DNA from: Eledone cirrhosa
Lineage: Eukaryota
DNA: 64,000 bases
Direction: 5' to 3'
NCBI GenBank assembly: GCA_964016885.1
Contig: OZ024742.1
Span: forward strand, 223,510,001 to 223,574,000
Shown: positions 38,576-49,789 of the stretch, piece by piece
Layout: each line of letters begins with the position of its first letter
Numbering within the stretch: position 1 is the first letter of the stretch
Made by a program: the position numbers and the translations under genes
Notes under the pieces: model-generated
Told to the model about the DNA's origin: nothing
What the model saw: the letters and a program-made list of their open reading frames with translations, nothing else
Database searches by the model: none

Positions 38576-40665
38576 AATAATAATAATAATGAAATTATTG
38601 TGTAAAGTGCTCAGGTGCACTACAACTCGTCAAAGGTGCATGTATAGTACATAGAATAATATACAAATGTCAGGGAAGTGAACAGTGTATGAGTCATGAT
38701 ATACATGTGTGTATGTGAATGGAGGGGGAATATTAGGTGTAGTGTTGGCGAATCTCGGGAAGCATGGAGGTTTTAAAGGATGCAGTGTCTCGACAGCTAA
38801 CAACTGATGCAGGTATTTTGTTCCATGCTTCAGCAACTCTGAGCGTGAAAAAATGTTTCCGAAAGTCATGGGAACTGTGCTGTTTTCTGACTTTGTGGAC
38901 ATGTCCACGTGTGTTAGACACATGGAAATCAAAAAGGTACTCAAGGTTGTTGTTGGCAAGATCGTTAACAATTTTTGGGGCATTTACCAAGTCAGTTGCC
39001 AGGCGTCAGAGCTTCAGTGTATCCATGCCCAGGGAAGCAAGGCGTTCAGAGTATGGTAGATGCCTGATGGAGGGTATTCGCTTGGTTGCACATCTCTGAA
39101 CAGTTGCCAGGCGGTAAATATTCTGAGCAAGATAGGGGTTCCAGATTGGTGATGCAAATTCTAAGTGTGGCCGCACCATAGTCATGTACAGCCTTAAATA
39201 GATAGCTGGAGAGCGGCTGACAAACGTCTTGCTGAGTGATGCTAAGACACCCTCAGCCCTCTTGAACATTTTAGAGACGTGCTTCGCCCAATGCAAATCG
39301 CTGCTGACCGCAATGCCCAGGTCACGTTCACAAGAAGACTTCTTGATATTAGTATGTGGACGCTGGGTTTTTACTCCTAAAATGCATGGTCGTGCTCTTG
39401 TCCACAGCTAGCTTGAGTTGCCAGTCTGAGATCCATTGTTGCATTGTGTCCAGGTCAGACTGCAAGCAAGATCTATAGTGTTCAGGATCTGTCCTTTTTA
39501 TCTCAAGGTACAGCTTGATGTCATCTGCATACTTTAGTACTGTGGCATTCTTTAAGTTGGCATCTATGTCATTAATATATGCCACAAACAAAAGGGGGCC
39601 AAGAACAGATCCCTGTGGTACACCAGATGACATCTCATATGGTGAGGAATGCTATCCCAGAACCATGACTACCTCTCTTTGACTGAGAGTGAAGGACTTC
39701 AACCAGTTAAAAAGATCATCCTTCACACTCATTGCAGAGAGTTTTGCCATAAGCCTTTTGTGTGGCACAGAATTGAAAGCTTTCGCAAAGTCAAGGTAAA
39801 CAACATCCACCTATGAGCCGCCATCAGTGATCCGGGTGATGTCCTCAAGAAACTCGATAAGTTGATCACAGCAGCTGGAGTTGGGGATAAATCCAAATTG
39901 CGAGGGCCGGATAAGACTGTGAGAGCTCCAGAAGTTCCAAAGTGTTTCTCTGACACAGGATTCCATCAGTTTGGCGATGCAACTAGTAAGACTGACTGGA
40001 CGATAGTTCACAGGTGATGTGCGGTCACCCTTTTTGAACAGAGGAATGACACTGGCAGTTTTCCATTGTTCTGGAGTAGCACCGTTGTTCAGACAGAATT
40101 GGAAGAAGCGTGATAGCTGGTGCAGAACGAAGTACCCACCACGTTTAAGAAGCAGGTACATAACACCATCAAGACCAGGAGAGGCATGGTTGCGTTTATT
40201 TTTTAGGTGACGTCACAGCATTGCAGGTGTAAATTCCATGGTTGTAATAGAGTCCGGTGTCATAGGTGGTGGAGACGGTACACTCTGGTCTTCAATAGTG
40301 AAAATGCCTGCATAGCATTCAGCAATGAGCTCTGCACATTCCTTGGGGTCGTCAGTAACCTGGCTTGTGTGGGGATTGTGAAGAGGACCAACTGGAGAGT
40401 GAGGCCTCTGCTTTGAGTGAACATACTTCCAGAACACCTTACTGTCAGGGCTGGTTGCTATGTGCTGCTCAAATTGAAGCACTGCCTTTTTTGTCACCTG
40501 TTTGAGTTGGTTGGACGATTTATTTTGCCTCTTCCTATTGATGTCTGATTTGTGCAGTTTGTACTCACGTTCAGCATTGCGACGTTCTTTTCTGGCAAGA
40601 CGGACTGCTGCAGTCTCCCAAATTGCACTTTTGGGATGTTTTTCCGCTTACGTGGCACCGATGCT
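38576..40665 (-). mobile_element. 5'-truncated CR1 LINE (RT region, disrupted)
   Basis: NYRPVSLTS, GVPQGSVLGPLLF, KYADD, VRPHLEFA, TRGH and FFTLRVAEAWNK motifs; (ATT)n tail. Confidence 0.92.
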
Positions 40666-41469
40666 GGATAACATCTAACTGGATAACATTTGACTGGATA
40701 ACATCAGACCCAATCCAGCAGCTTTAACTGGCCATAATATATATGGCCTTCAGGGATGGAACATACAATAGCTTCTTTAAAACTAACAAGAAACAATAGT
40801 GGTTTTCCAGGATGCAGCTTCAAAGGAGGTACGTTAAACCTACAGGGTGTAAGCTGAAAGATTTCTACACTTTTTTTTTTCATCTAATGCCCTTTTAGAG
40901 AATATATTTCAGTAATGACTCTCATTATGTTCCAAGTTTGATCCTGGCATCTTGGACAAGTATCATTTATCATGGCCTCAGGTTGACTCACTCACATCTT
41001 GTAAGTGAAATTGCTGGACAAATTTTATGGGCAAAACCAATCAGCAGGAGACCCAGGGGTAAACCTTGAGTAATGACGATGATGACAAAGACGAGCAAGA
41101 TGGTTGGATAACATCTATGAGCTTGGCTGGTCTTGCTTGGGGATCCATCAGGATCAGTTGGAGACGGTTGCTTCTGGCAGGACCCACTGAAGGGAGAGTT
41201 TGAGGACTCTTCCTCCACGACCCTCTCAGGAATAAGTGGGCAAAGAAGAAGACTTAACATATTATTCTTACATAAAATTATGTTGGAAGATTTTAACTTA
41301 AATAGGAACCTCTTGAAATGGGTGCTTTTATTTCATAGAACCAGAGCTGGTTTTGGCTAGGTTGGTATTTGAATGATTAAAGAGTGTGGAGATCAAACCT
41401 CCCAAATTGAACAGATACACAGCTAAAATAGAAAAAAAAAAAGAAAAAGAAAAGATAAAATAGAAAAAT

Positions 41470-42625
41470 ATATAAGTATATACACGTGCATACATATATG
41501 TATACAGACGTACAGTAGTATGTATATATATATACATACATGCACACATATATATATGTACGTATGGATTCACCGAACATTTATTATAATGCTCGGTGTG
41601 TTTGTAAACAAACATCCCGTATTAAGCCGTAGTGTCTAGCAACCATCGTTGCTCATTTGTTCAACACTGACAAAGGAACACTGTACTAGTTTCAAGCTTA
41701 TTAGCTATCGTCAGCAACGTATACCTTCTTGCCAGATTGTTGAACGTATATACTTACCTTATGCATATTAACGGCTGAGTAGCCCAATTTGCATATCGAG
41801 TGGGTTAATCGGCTGGGTGCACCGAAAACGATAAACGGAAAAAATGAAACGAAATTTCATTTCCCACTCTTAGTACAGCTGTTACTTAAATATAAGTATG
41901 TACACGTACATACATATATGTATACAGACGTACAGTAGTATGTATATATATATATACATACATGCCGATGGTTGCTAGACACTACGGCTTAATATGGGAT
42001 GTTTGTTTACAAACACACCGAGCATTATAATAAATGTTCGGTGAATCCATAAGTACACATATATATGTGTGCATGTATGTATATATATATACATACTACT
42101 GTACATCTGTATACATATATGTATGTACGTGTACATACTTATATTTAAGTAACAGCCGTACTAAGAGTGAGAAATGAAATTTCGTTTCATTTTTTCCGTT
42201 TATCGTTTTCGGTGCACCCGGCCGATTAACCCACTCGATATGCAAATTGGGCTACTCAGCCGTTAATATGCATAAGGTAAGTATATACGTTCAACAATCT
42301 GGCAGGAAGGTATACGTTGCTGACGATAGCTAATAAGCTTGAAACTAGTACAGCGTTCCTTTGTCAGTGTTGAACAAACGAGCAACGATGGTTGCTAGAC
42401 ACTACAGCTTAATACGGGATGTTTGTTTACAAACACACCGAGCATTATAATAAATGTTTGGTGAATCCATACGTACATATATATATGTGTGCATGTATGC
42501 ATATATATATATACATACTACTGTACATCTGTATACATATATGTATGTACGTGTACATACTTATATTTAAGTAACAGCCGTACTAAGAGTGGGAAATGAA
42601 ATTTCGTTTAATTTTTTCCGTTTAG
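41470..42625 (+). mobile_element. Inverted plus tandem array of a 420-bp hammerhead-containing unit (retrozyme/pLTR-like)
   Basis: GATGGTTGCTAGAC at 41967 and 42387. 41470-41964 is the reverse complement of the unit. Confidence 0.82.
42314..42356 (+). ncRNA. Type I hammerhead ribozyme (mirror copy at 41678-41720 on minus)
   Basis: ACGTTG-CTGACGA-TAGCT AATA AGCTT-GAAA-CTAG-TA-CAGCGT, with a possible distal stem I extension. Confidence 0.82.
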
Positions 42626-42862
42626 AAAAATATAGTTTTGAGAAAATAAACTTGCTCGACCTGTTTGAAAACAAAGCTTCATGTATTATCAAGAAAAGGT
42701 GGATTAATGAGAACATTTTTATTTTCTGTATGTGGAAATAGAAAATATGCATGGCTGTGTGATTAAGGGATTCTGGGTTCAGTCTTGTTGTGAAAGTTGA
42801 GCAAGTGACTTCTGCTAAACATACATTCACTCACACACACACATATGTACACACATATATAT

Positions 42863-42911
<49 letters not shown>

Positions 42912-42915
<4 letters not shown>

Positions 42916-45403
42916 AGTCTGTGGCTGGAGCAGGCCTGTAGGCAGGAGGAGAGTAACATGGTGGTGGAACAGTAAGGTGGAGGGGTCAATTAAGGCCAAA
43001 AAGCAGGCTTGGAAAGTATGGCGGGATGGGGGAAGTAGAGAAGACTATCAAGTGGCCAGGAGGGAAGCTAGGAGACAAGTGTACTTCGCAAGAATGGAAG
43101 CAGAGGAAAGAAAGTTCAAGCATGTTCTACAACGTGAGGACCAAAAACGTGAGGTGTTCAGGATTGCTAGGCAATGTGTCAAGGAAAACAGTGATATTGT
43201 CGGGGAGAAGTGTGTACTTAACGATGACGGCGTACTTGCCATCACCGACGCCGATAAGAAGGTAGCTTGGAAGTGTCACTATGAAAGGCTACTAAATGAG
43301 GAGAATAAATGGGAGAAAGACAGTCTCCCCCACATCGACCCAATAGAGGGACCAGCAGTGTTAGTCGAGGGTAGTATAATAAGTAAGGCAATCAAAGATA
43401 TGAAGACAGGCAAGGCGGCTGGGCCTTCGGAAATAGTTGCCGAGATGCTGAAGGCATCTGGTACGGTGGGACACACCATGGTCACCCGGATAGTCAACCA
43501 AGTCATACAGAATGGGGTTGTTCCGAAGGACTTGCGTAGCAGCATTATCGTTAACTGTTATAAGGGTAAAGGAGATGCCCTAGATAGGAGTAACTATAGA
43601 GGCATTAAATTAATCGACCAGGTCATGAAGGTCACGGAAAAAGTAATAGCGCAACTAATCAGAGAGCGAATTGATCTAGATGAAATGCAGTTCGGGTTTG
43701 TGTCAGGAAAAAGTACCACAGACGCTCTTTTCATTGTACGACAACTACAGGAGAAGTACCTAGCTAAAAGTAAACCCCTATACTTAGCTTTCGTCGACTT
43801 AGAGAAGGCCTTCGACAGAGTCCCCCGTTCCATTATCTGGTGGGCTCTTAGAAAACTAGGTGTTGATGAATGGCTTGTGAGAGCCATAGAAGCCATGTAT
43901 AAAGAAACAGTCAGCAAGGTTAGAATTAACAACGAATATAGTGAAGAGTTTAGTGTAAAAGTTGGTGTTCATCAGGGCTCTGTTCTTAGCCCCCTACTAT
44001 TTATTATTGCCCTCCAGGCTATAACAGTGGAGTTCAAGACCGGCTGCCCATGGGAACTCCTATACGCAGATGATCTAACGCTCATAGCTGAATCAATGGC
44101 CGAGCTAGAGAAGAAATTCCAAACATGGAAGCACGGAACTAGAATCAAAAGGCCTTAAAATTAACCTGGCTAAGACTAAAGTTCTAGTTTGTAAGAAAGA
44201 AAATAAGGCGGCGGTCCCCTCCGGGAAGTGGCCATGCGCAGTGTGTAGGAAAGGCGTAGGTAGAAATTCCATTTTGTGTCCCAAATGCAAAGTTTGGGTG
44301 CATAAAAGATGTAGTGGGATCACAGGTAAGCTAACTAAGAACATAGATTTTACATGTGGCCGGTGTTCTGGGGCAATAAGTAGCAGCAAGTGCCTACAAA
44401 ATACTAGCTCTTTCAACTGCGCAGAGGGTTCTATAGAAATAGTGGACAGCTTCCGTTACCTGGGTGACAAAATCAGCAGTGGGGGAGGGTGCTCTGAAAG
44501 TACAGTAGCTAGAGTCAGAACTGGGTGGAAAAAGTTCAGAGAGCTTATACCACTATTAGCCGCTAAAGGGTTCTCCCTAAAAATGAAAGGCAGGCTGTAC
44601 GATGCCTGCATACGAACAGCAATGTTGCATGGCAGTGAGACCTGGGCATTGTATGCAGAGGATATACGCAGACTAGAGAGAAACGAAGCTTGCATGCTCC
44701 GCTGGATGTGTAATAGTAATATACGTGAACGACAAAGCATAAACGAACTAAGGAAAAAATTAGAAATAAGAGGGATCAGATGTTGTTTACTAGAGAGAAG
44801 GCTACGTTGGTATGGTCACGTGATGCGCATGAAGGACGATAGCTGTATAACAAAGTGCAGGGCAATAAAGATAGACGGTAGCCACGGAATAGGCAGACCC
44901 AGAAAAACCTGGGACGAGCTGATAAACTCCGACCTCACACACTTACACCTCACCAAGACAATGTCACTGGACCGAGATCTTTGGCGGTACTCAGTAATAG
45001 AGAAGACCCGCCTTACCTAAATACAAAGTAAAACCTACTACAGTCAGTAGGCATCTCTAACAAAATACACCACCCCCACCCCATCCACACCGCCCCCTTC
45101 AATGTAAAGTTATGTCGGTGCCACACCATCCAGGCCGAAACAAATGAGATCGTGTAGGTGTCACGACAAAAAAACACACAGTTCACGCTGTAATGTGGCC
45201 GTGTAGGCAACACGGTAAAAACCTCCCAGACCCACACTGTAAATGTGGTTGGTGTTAGGAAGGGCATCGAACTGTAGAAAACCTGCCAGACAGTCCTATG
45301 CGAGCAAGACAATCACTCTTGCCTCAAGTGGGAAAACCCCCGTCCAAACCCATGCAAGCGTGGAACACGGACGTTAAACGTTGATGATGATGATGATGAT
45401 GAT
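42912..45403 (+). mobile_element. 5'-truncated RTE LINE (RT+PHD) with a frameshift at ~44140, TA-flanked
   Basis: Very similar to 15226-17700. ORFs 42845-44158 and 44241-45020. Confidence 0.93.
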
Positions 45404-45737
45404 ATATAAGAAATTAAAAGATGGTTAAAAAAGTTCCATATATTTTATTATGCGCATTTCCTGGGACGATAATTGCGTTCTCATCAGATAAAATAAGGTA
45501 ACATGATATGATGCCTAAAAACACTTGTGAACAAGAAAGTGTCCAGTCAACATATGTTGAACGCAATTATCGTCCCAGGATGATATTTGTTTTTGAAATA
45601 CGCATAATAAAATATATGGAACTTTTTTAACCAACTTTTAATTTCTTCTATATATATACTCCAATTCTATCAACTGTTGAGTGCTACTTATCTGATATAT
45701 GCATAGTTTTATTGTTCTACAATATAACTCACCTCCT

Positions 45738-45740
<3 letters not shown>
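45404..45740 (+). mobile_element. TA-inserted foldback element; hammerhead at 45441-45495 (minus)
   Basis: Arms at ~45408-45480 and ~45559-45647. Minus strand TATTTTAT-CTGATGA-...-GAAA-TGCGCA-TA-ATAAAATA with imperfect stem II. TTGAGTGCT at 45677. Confidence 0.72.
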
Positions 45741-45774
<34 letters not shown>

Positions 45775-45779
<5 letters not shown>

Positions 45780-48680
45780 TCATCATCATCATCATCATCA
45801 CCGTTTTACGTCCGTTCTTCCACGCTAGCATGGGTTAGACGGGTTGTCCTGTTGTGGGCAGTGTCTGGTCGGCTGACCATGCCTTGCTCATACAGGAACT
45901 GATCTGGCTTGATTTCTACAGCTGGATGCCCTTCCTAACACCAACCTCATTTACAGTGAGTGCTGGGTGCTTTTTCGTGGCGCCTACACGTCCACTTTAC
46001 AGTGTGGGCTGGGTGCTTTTTTGCCGTGGCACCTCCACGACCACCTTGCGGTGGGGGGGGGGGGGCATATTGTTTATATGCTTCAGCATGTACCCATGGG
46101 AGGTCGGGTACCCTGTATTACTGCGTGACGCCAGAAGTCACGGTCGTGTGTCATTGACTTTGAGAGGTGTAGTTGGGTAAGGTCGGCTTTTATCACCTCA
46201 TCCCAAGTCATCTTGGGTCTCCCCACTCCGCGGTTTCCATCAACTTCTAGTGCTCTGCACCTTTTTATGCAGCTGTCATCCTTCATACGCATCACATGTC
46301 CATACCAGCGTAACCGCCTCTCCTGCACGCAGCATTTGATTCCTCTTATGCTCAGTCTCTCTCTCAATTCATTTATGCTTTGTCGTTCACGTATATTACT
46401 GTTACACATCCATCGGAGCATGCAGGCTTCGTTTCTCTCTAATCTACGTAAGTCTTCCACCTTCAGCGCCCAGGTCTCACTACCATGCAACATCGCTGTT
46501 CGGATACACGCATCATACAGTCTGCCTTTCATTCTGAGGGAGAAGCCTTTTGCAGCTAGCAGTGGTAGTAGTTCCCTAAACTTCTTCCATCCCGTTCTTA
46601 CCCTAGTTATTGTACTTTCTGAGCACCCACCTCCGTTGCTAATTCGGTCACCTAGGTAGCAGAAGCTGTCTACTGTTTCTACAGGGCCCTCCCAGAGATT
46701 GGTGGTACTTGTTTCCTGTGGCTGTTTGCTTGCTGTTTCAGCACAGCTGCTGCATGTGAATCCTACATTCTTAATTAAGCTTCCTGAGATCCCGCTACAT
46801 CTCTTGTGTACCCATTGTTTGCATTTGGGGCAAAGAATGGAGTTCCTACCTACACCTTTCCTACATACTGAGCAAGGCCATTTCCCTGAGGGGATCTGGG
46901 TTCTGTTTTCTCGTCTACTTATAAGGACCTTAGTCTTTGTCATGTTGACTTTGAGGCCCTTTCTCTCTAGTCCCTGCTTCCAGGTTTGGAATTTATTCTC
47001 TAGTTCTACCATAGATTCAGCTATGAGTGCGAGGTCATCAGCATACAGGAGTTCCCATGGGCATCCGGTCTTAAACTCCTCCGTTATTGCCTGCAGGACT
47101 ATGATGAACAGGAGAGGGCTAAGAACAGAGCCCTGGTGGACCCCAACCTGTACGCTAAATTCCTCGCTATACTCATTGCCAATCCTAACTTTGCTGACTG
47201 CTCCCCTATACATGGCTTGTACCGCTTTCACAAGCCATTCATCTACTCCTAGTTTTCTAAGAGCCCACCAGATTACTGCACGTGGAACTCTGTCAAAGGC
47301 TTTCTCAAGGTCGACAAATGCCAAGTAGAGTGGCTTACTTTTAGCTAGGTACTTTTCCTGTAATTGCCTCACAAGGAAGAGCGCATCAGTGGTGCCTTTC
47401 CCTGGTACAAACCCAAATTGCATCTCGTCTATATTCACCCGGTCCCTAATCAGCTGTGCTATAACTCTTTCTGTTACTTTCATGACCTGGTCCATCAACT
47501 TTATACCTCTATAGTTTCCTCTATCTAGTGCATCGCCTTTACCTTTGTAGCAGTTGACAATGATGCTACTGCACCAATCTTTTGGTATGGCCCCCTCTAG
47601 TATTACCTGGTTAACGATACGTGTGGTTATAGTGTGACCTACAGACCCAGATGCCTTCAGCATCTCGGCAGCTATACCCGATGGACCGGTTGCCTTCCCT
47701 ATCTTCATATCTCTGATTGCCTTACTTACTACGCTGCCGCTGACTTGTACTGCTGGTCCCTCTATAGGGTCTACGTGGGGTAGGGTCTCTTCTTCCCATG
47801 CATTCTCCTCATTTAGTAATCTATCATAATGACTCTTCCATGCATCTTTCTTCTCAGCACTTGTGAGGGCAAGCTCACCTTTATCATTCCGGATACACTT
47901 CTCTCCAATGACATCACAACTATCTCTGACACACTGCCTCGCAATCTTGAATACCTCCTGTTTCTGGTCCTCACGTTGTAAAACATGCTTGAATTTTCTA
48001 TCCTCTGCTTCCCTCCTAGCTAAGTATACTTGTCGCCTAGCTTCCCTCTTGGTCTCTATGTAATGTACCCTGCTCCCCCCGTTCTTCCATTCTTTCCATG
48101 CCTGTCTCTTGGCCTTGACTGCTTCATCTACCTTATTGTTCCACCACCAAGTCACTCTCCTCCTGCTTGAGGTCTTACTCCAGCCACAAACCTCATCCGT
48201 CGCCTCTAGTAAGTTATTTTTTAGGAACTCCCAGTTCTCTTCTACGTTAAATGTCTCTATCTGTTCTTCTTTACTGTCGTAGGCGTTGAGTAAAATATCT
48301 TTAAATCTGTTACTGGTTGAGGGGACTTTCAGCTTCCAGATCTTTCTTCTCCAGGTTGGCCTCTGTTTCAGGGCTCGTCTAGTTCTGACCGTGAGGTCGC
48401 TGACAACTACGCTATGTTGGGATGTACATTCCTCACTAGGGAAGGCTTTTGTGTTTACGACCGTCCATCTGTCACGTCCTCTGATGAGGATAAAATCTAA
48501 CTGACTAGAGTGCTCCCCTGATTTATAGGTGATCAGGTGGTTGTCGGGTTTTTTAAAGTTTGTGTTACATATCGACATGTCATTGGCGTCGCAGAATTCT
48601 AGAAGTCTGAATCCTTCCTCATTCCTTGTGCCAACTCCATGGCCTCCATGTACTCTATTGAAGCCGTCGCAGTGTTTACC
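45775..48680 (-). mobile_element. 5'-truncated RTE LINE, second subfamily, TA-flanked
   Basis: Uninterrupted reading frame, 3' UTR and (GAT)n tail. Confidence 0.93.
46083..48680 (-). CDS. RTE APE C-terminal half plus RT with PHD finger (open frame, lacks N-terminus)
   Basis: 831-aa ORF extendable to 48680 (GKHCDGFNRVHGG...). Motifs FVDLEKAFD, HQGSVLSP, YADD and C4HC3 finger. Confidence 0.9.
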   Translation of the reverse strand, partial: GKHCDGFNRVHGGHGVGTRNEEGFRLLEFCDANDMSICNTNFKKPDNHLITYKSGEHSSQLDFILIRGRDRWTVVNTKAFPSEECTSQHSVVVSDLTVRTRRALKQRPTWRRKIWKLKVPSTSNRFKDILLNAYDSKEEQIETFNVEENWEFLKNNLLEATDEVCGWSKTSSRRRVTWWWNNKVDEAVKAKRQAWKEWKNGGSRVHYIETKREARRQVYLARREAEDRKFKHVLQREDQKQEVFKIARQCVRDSCDVIGEKCIRNDKGELALTSAEKKDAWKSHYDRLLNEENAWEEETLPHVDPIEGPAVQVSGSVVSKAIRDMKIGKATGPSGIAAEMLKASGSVGHTITTRIVNQVILEGAIPKDWCSSIIVNCYKGKGDALDRGNYRGIKLMDQVMKVTERVIAQLIRDRVNIDEMQFGFVPGKGTTDALFLVRQLQEKYLAKSKPLYLAFVDLEKAFDRVPRAVIWWALRKLGVDEWLVKAVQAMYRGAVSKVRIGNEYSEEFSVQVGVHQGSVLSPLLFIIVLQAITEEFKTGCPWELLYADDLALIAESMVELENKFQTWKQGLERKGLKVNMTKTKVLISRRENRTQIPSGKWPCSVCRKGVGRNSILCPKCKQWVHKRCSGISGSLIKNVGFTCSSCAETASKQPQETSTTNLWEGPVETVDSFCYLGDRISNGGGCSESTITRVRTGWKKFRELLPLLAAKGFSLRMKGRLYDACIRTAMLHGSETWALKVEDLRRLERNEACMLRWMCNSNIRERQSINELRERLSIRGIKCCVQERRLRWYGHVMRMKDDSCIKRCRALEVDGNRGVGRPKMTWDEVIKADLTQLHLSKSMTHDRDFWRHAVIQGTRPPMGTC

Positions 48681-48689
48681 TATATATAT

Positions 48690-49318
48690 GTGGAAGTTCT
48701 ATTTAAATTGTTGGGATACAACAAGCAAATATTTTTATAACTGATATAAAGCACTCAACAAATAATTGGAGTAAAAATACGATATTAACAAATGGAAACT
48801 ATATTTATAAAACCATATTTATTTCATTATACATATTTCAAGGACACCAAGTTAAATTATGGTGTTCTTTCATCAGATAAAATATAATGTAGAGCAGTTT
48901 TATAAATAAATATTGACATACCCTTAAAGAATGCGATCATTACTGTTGGAAGCTATCCAGGAGCTTCCAACAGTAATGGTCGTAGTCTTTAAGGGCATCA
49001 TCATCATCATCATCATTTTACGTCCACTTTTCCCTCATCTCATTTCTTCAGCTGAGGAAACTGGAGCAATGTGAAATAAAGTGTCTTGCTCAAGGACACA
49101 ACACATCACCCGGTCTGAGAATTGAACTCACAACCTTTCAGTTGCAAGGTCAATGCTCTAACCACTAAGCCATGTATGTCAATATTTATTTATAAAACTG
49201 CTCTATATTATATTTTATCTGATGAAAGCACACCATAATTTAACTTGGTGTCCTTGAAATATGTATAATGAAATAAATATGGTTTTATAAATATAGTTTC
49301 CATTTGTTAATATCGTAT
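48690..49318 (-). mobile_element. Near-complete palindromic hammerhead element (family of 31809), interrupted by a SINE fragment
   Basis: Hammerheads at 48820-48884 (-) and 49211-49275 (+). Central hairpin at 48921-48995. GCACTCAAC tail. Confidence 0.83.
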
Positions 49319-49328
49319 ATATATATAT

Positions 49329-49739
49329 AGTTTTGCGAGGTTTTTGATATGAAATCGTGTGTCGAAACAAATATTGTTATACTTGGGGAGGGTCATATTT
49401 GTGTAATAATATTGCCAGAATTAATAACAGAACACACTCACTGTTTGGTTGGTTTTCGCTTATGGCGTAGGCATACAATACAACGGGAGGAAACATAATA
49501 ACACCACTGACGATGTTGCAGATGTGCAACGAAAGAACTTTGTTAGACTATATATATGTGTTTGTGTCTATATTGTATCTGTATTTTTGACCGTTGGTCA
49601 GTCAATGGTAACATTGAGGACCGAATAAATTAAATTAACCGATATAAAAGACACAGAAGCAAAATCCAACCAAACAGTGAGTGTGTTTTGTTATTAATTC
49701 TGGCAATATTATTACACAAATATGACCCTCCCCAAGTAT

Positions 49740-49745
<6 letters not shown>
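49329..49745 (-). mobile_element. Foldback element of the 30019 family; hammerhead core at 49502-49545 (+)
   Basis: High similarity to 30530-30845. CTGACGA-TGTTGCAGATGTGCAAC-GAAA. Confidence 0.8.

Positions 49746-49789
<44 letters not shown>

Noticed and set aside
41281-41430. Possible GIY-YIG C-terminal remnant (RLVFE*LKSVEIKPPKLNRY) beside the hammerhead array
   Set aside because: It has several stops, the similarity is weak, and its orientation is opposite to the adjacent ribozyme.
46213-47328. Long antisense ORFs over the RTE and CR1 coding regions
   Set aside because: Shadow ORFs of the RT frame with no independent motifs.
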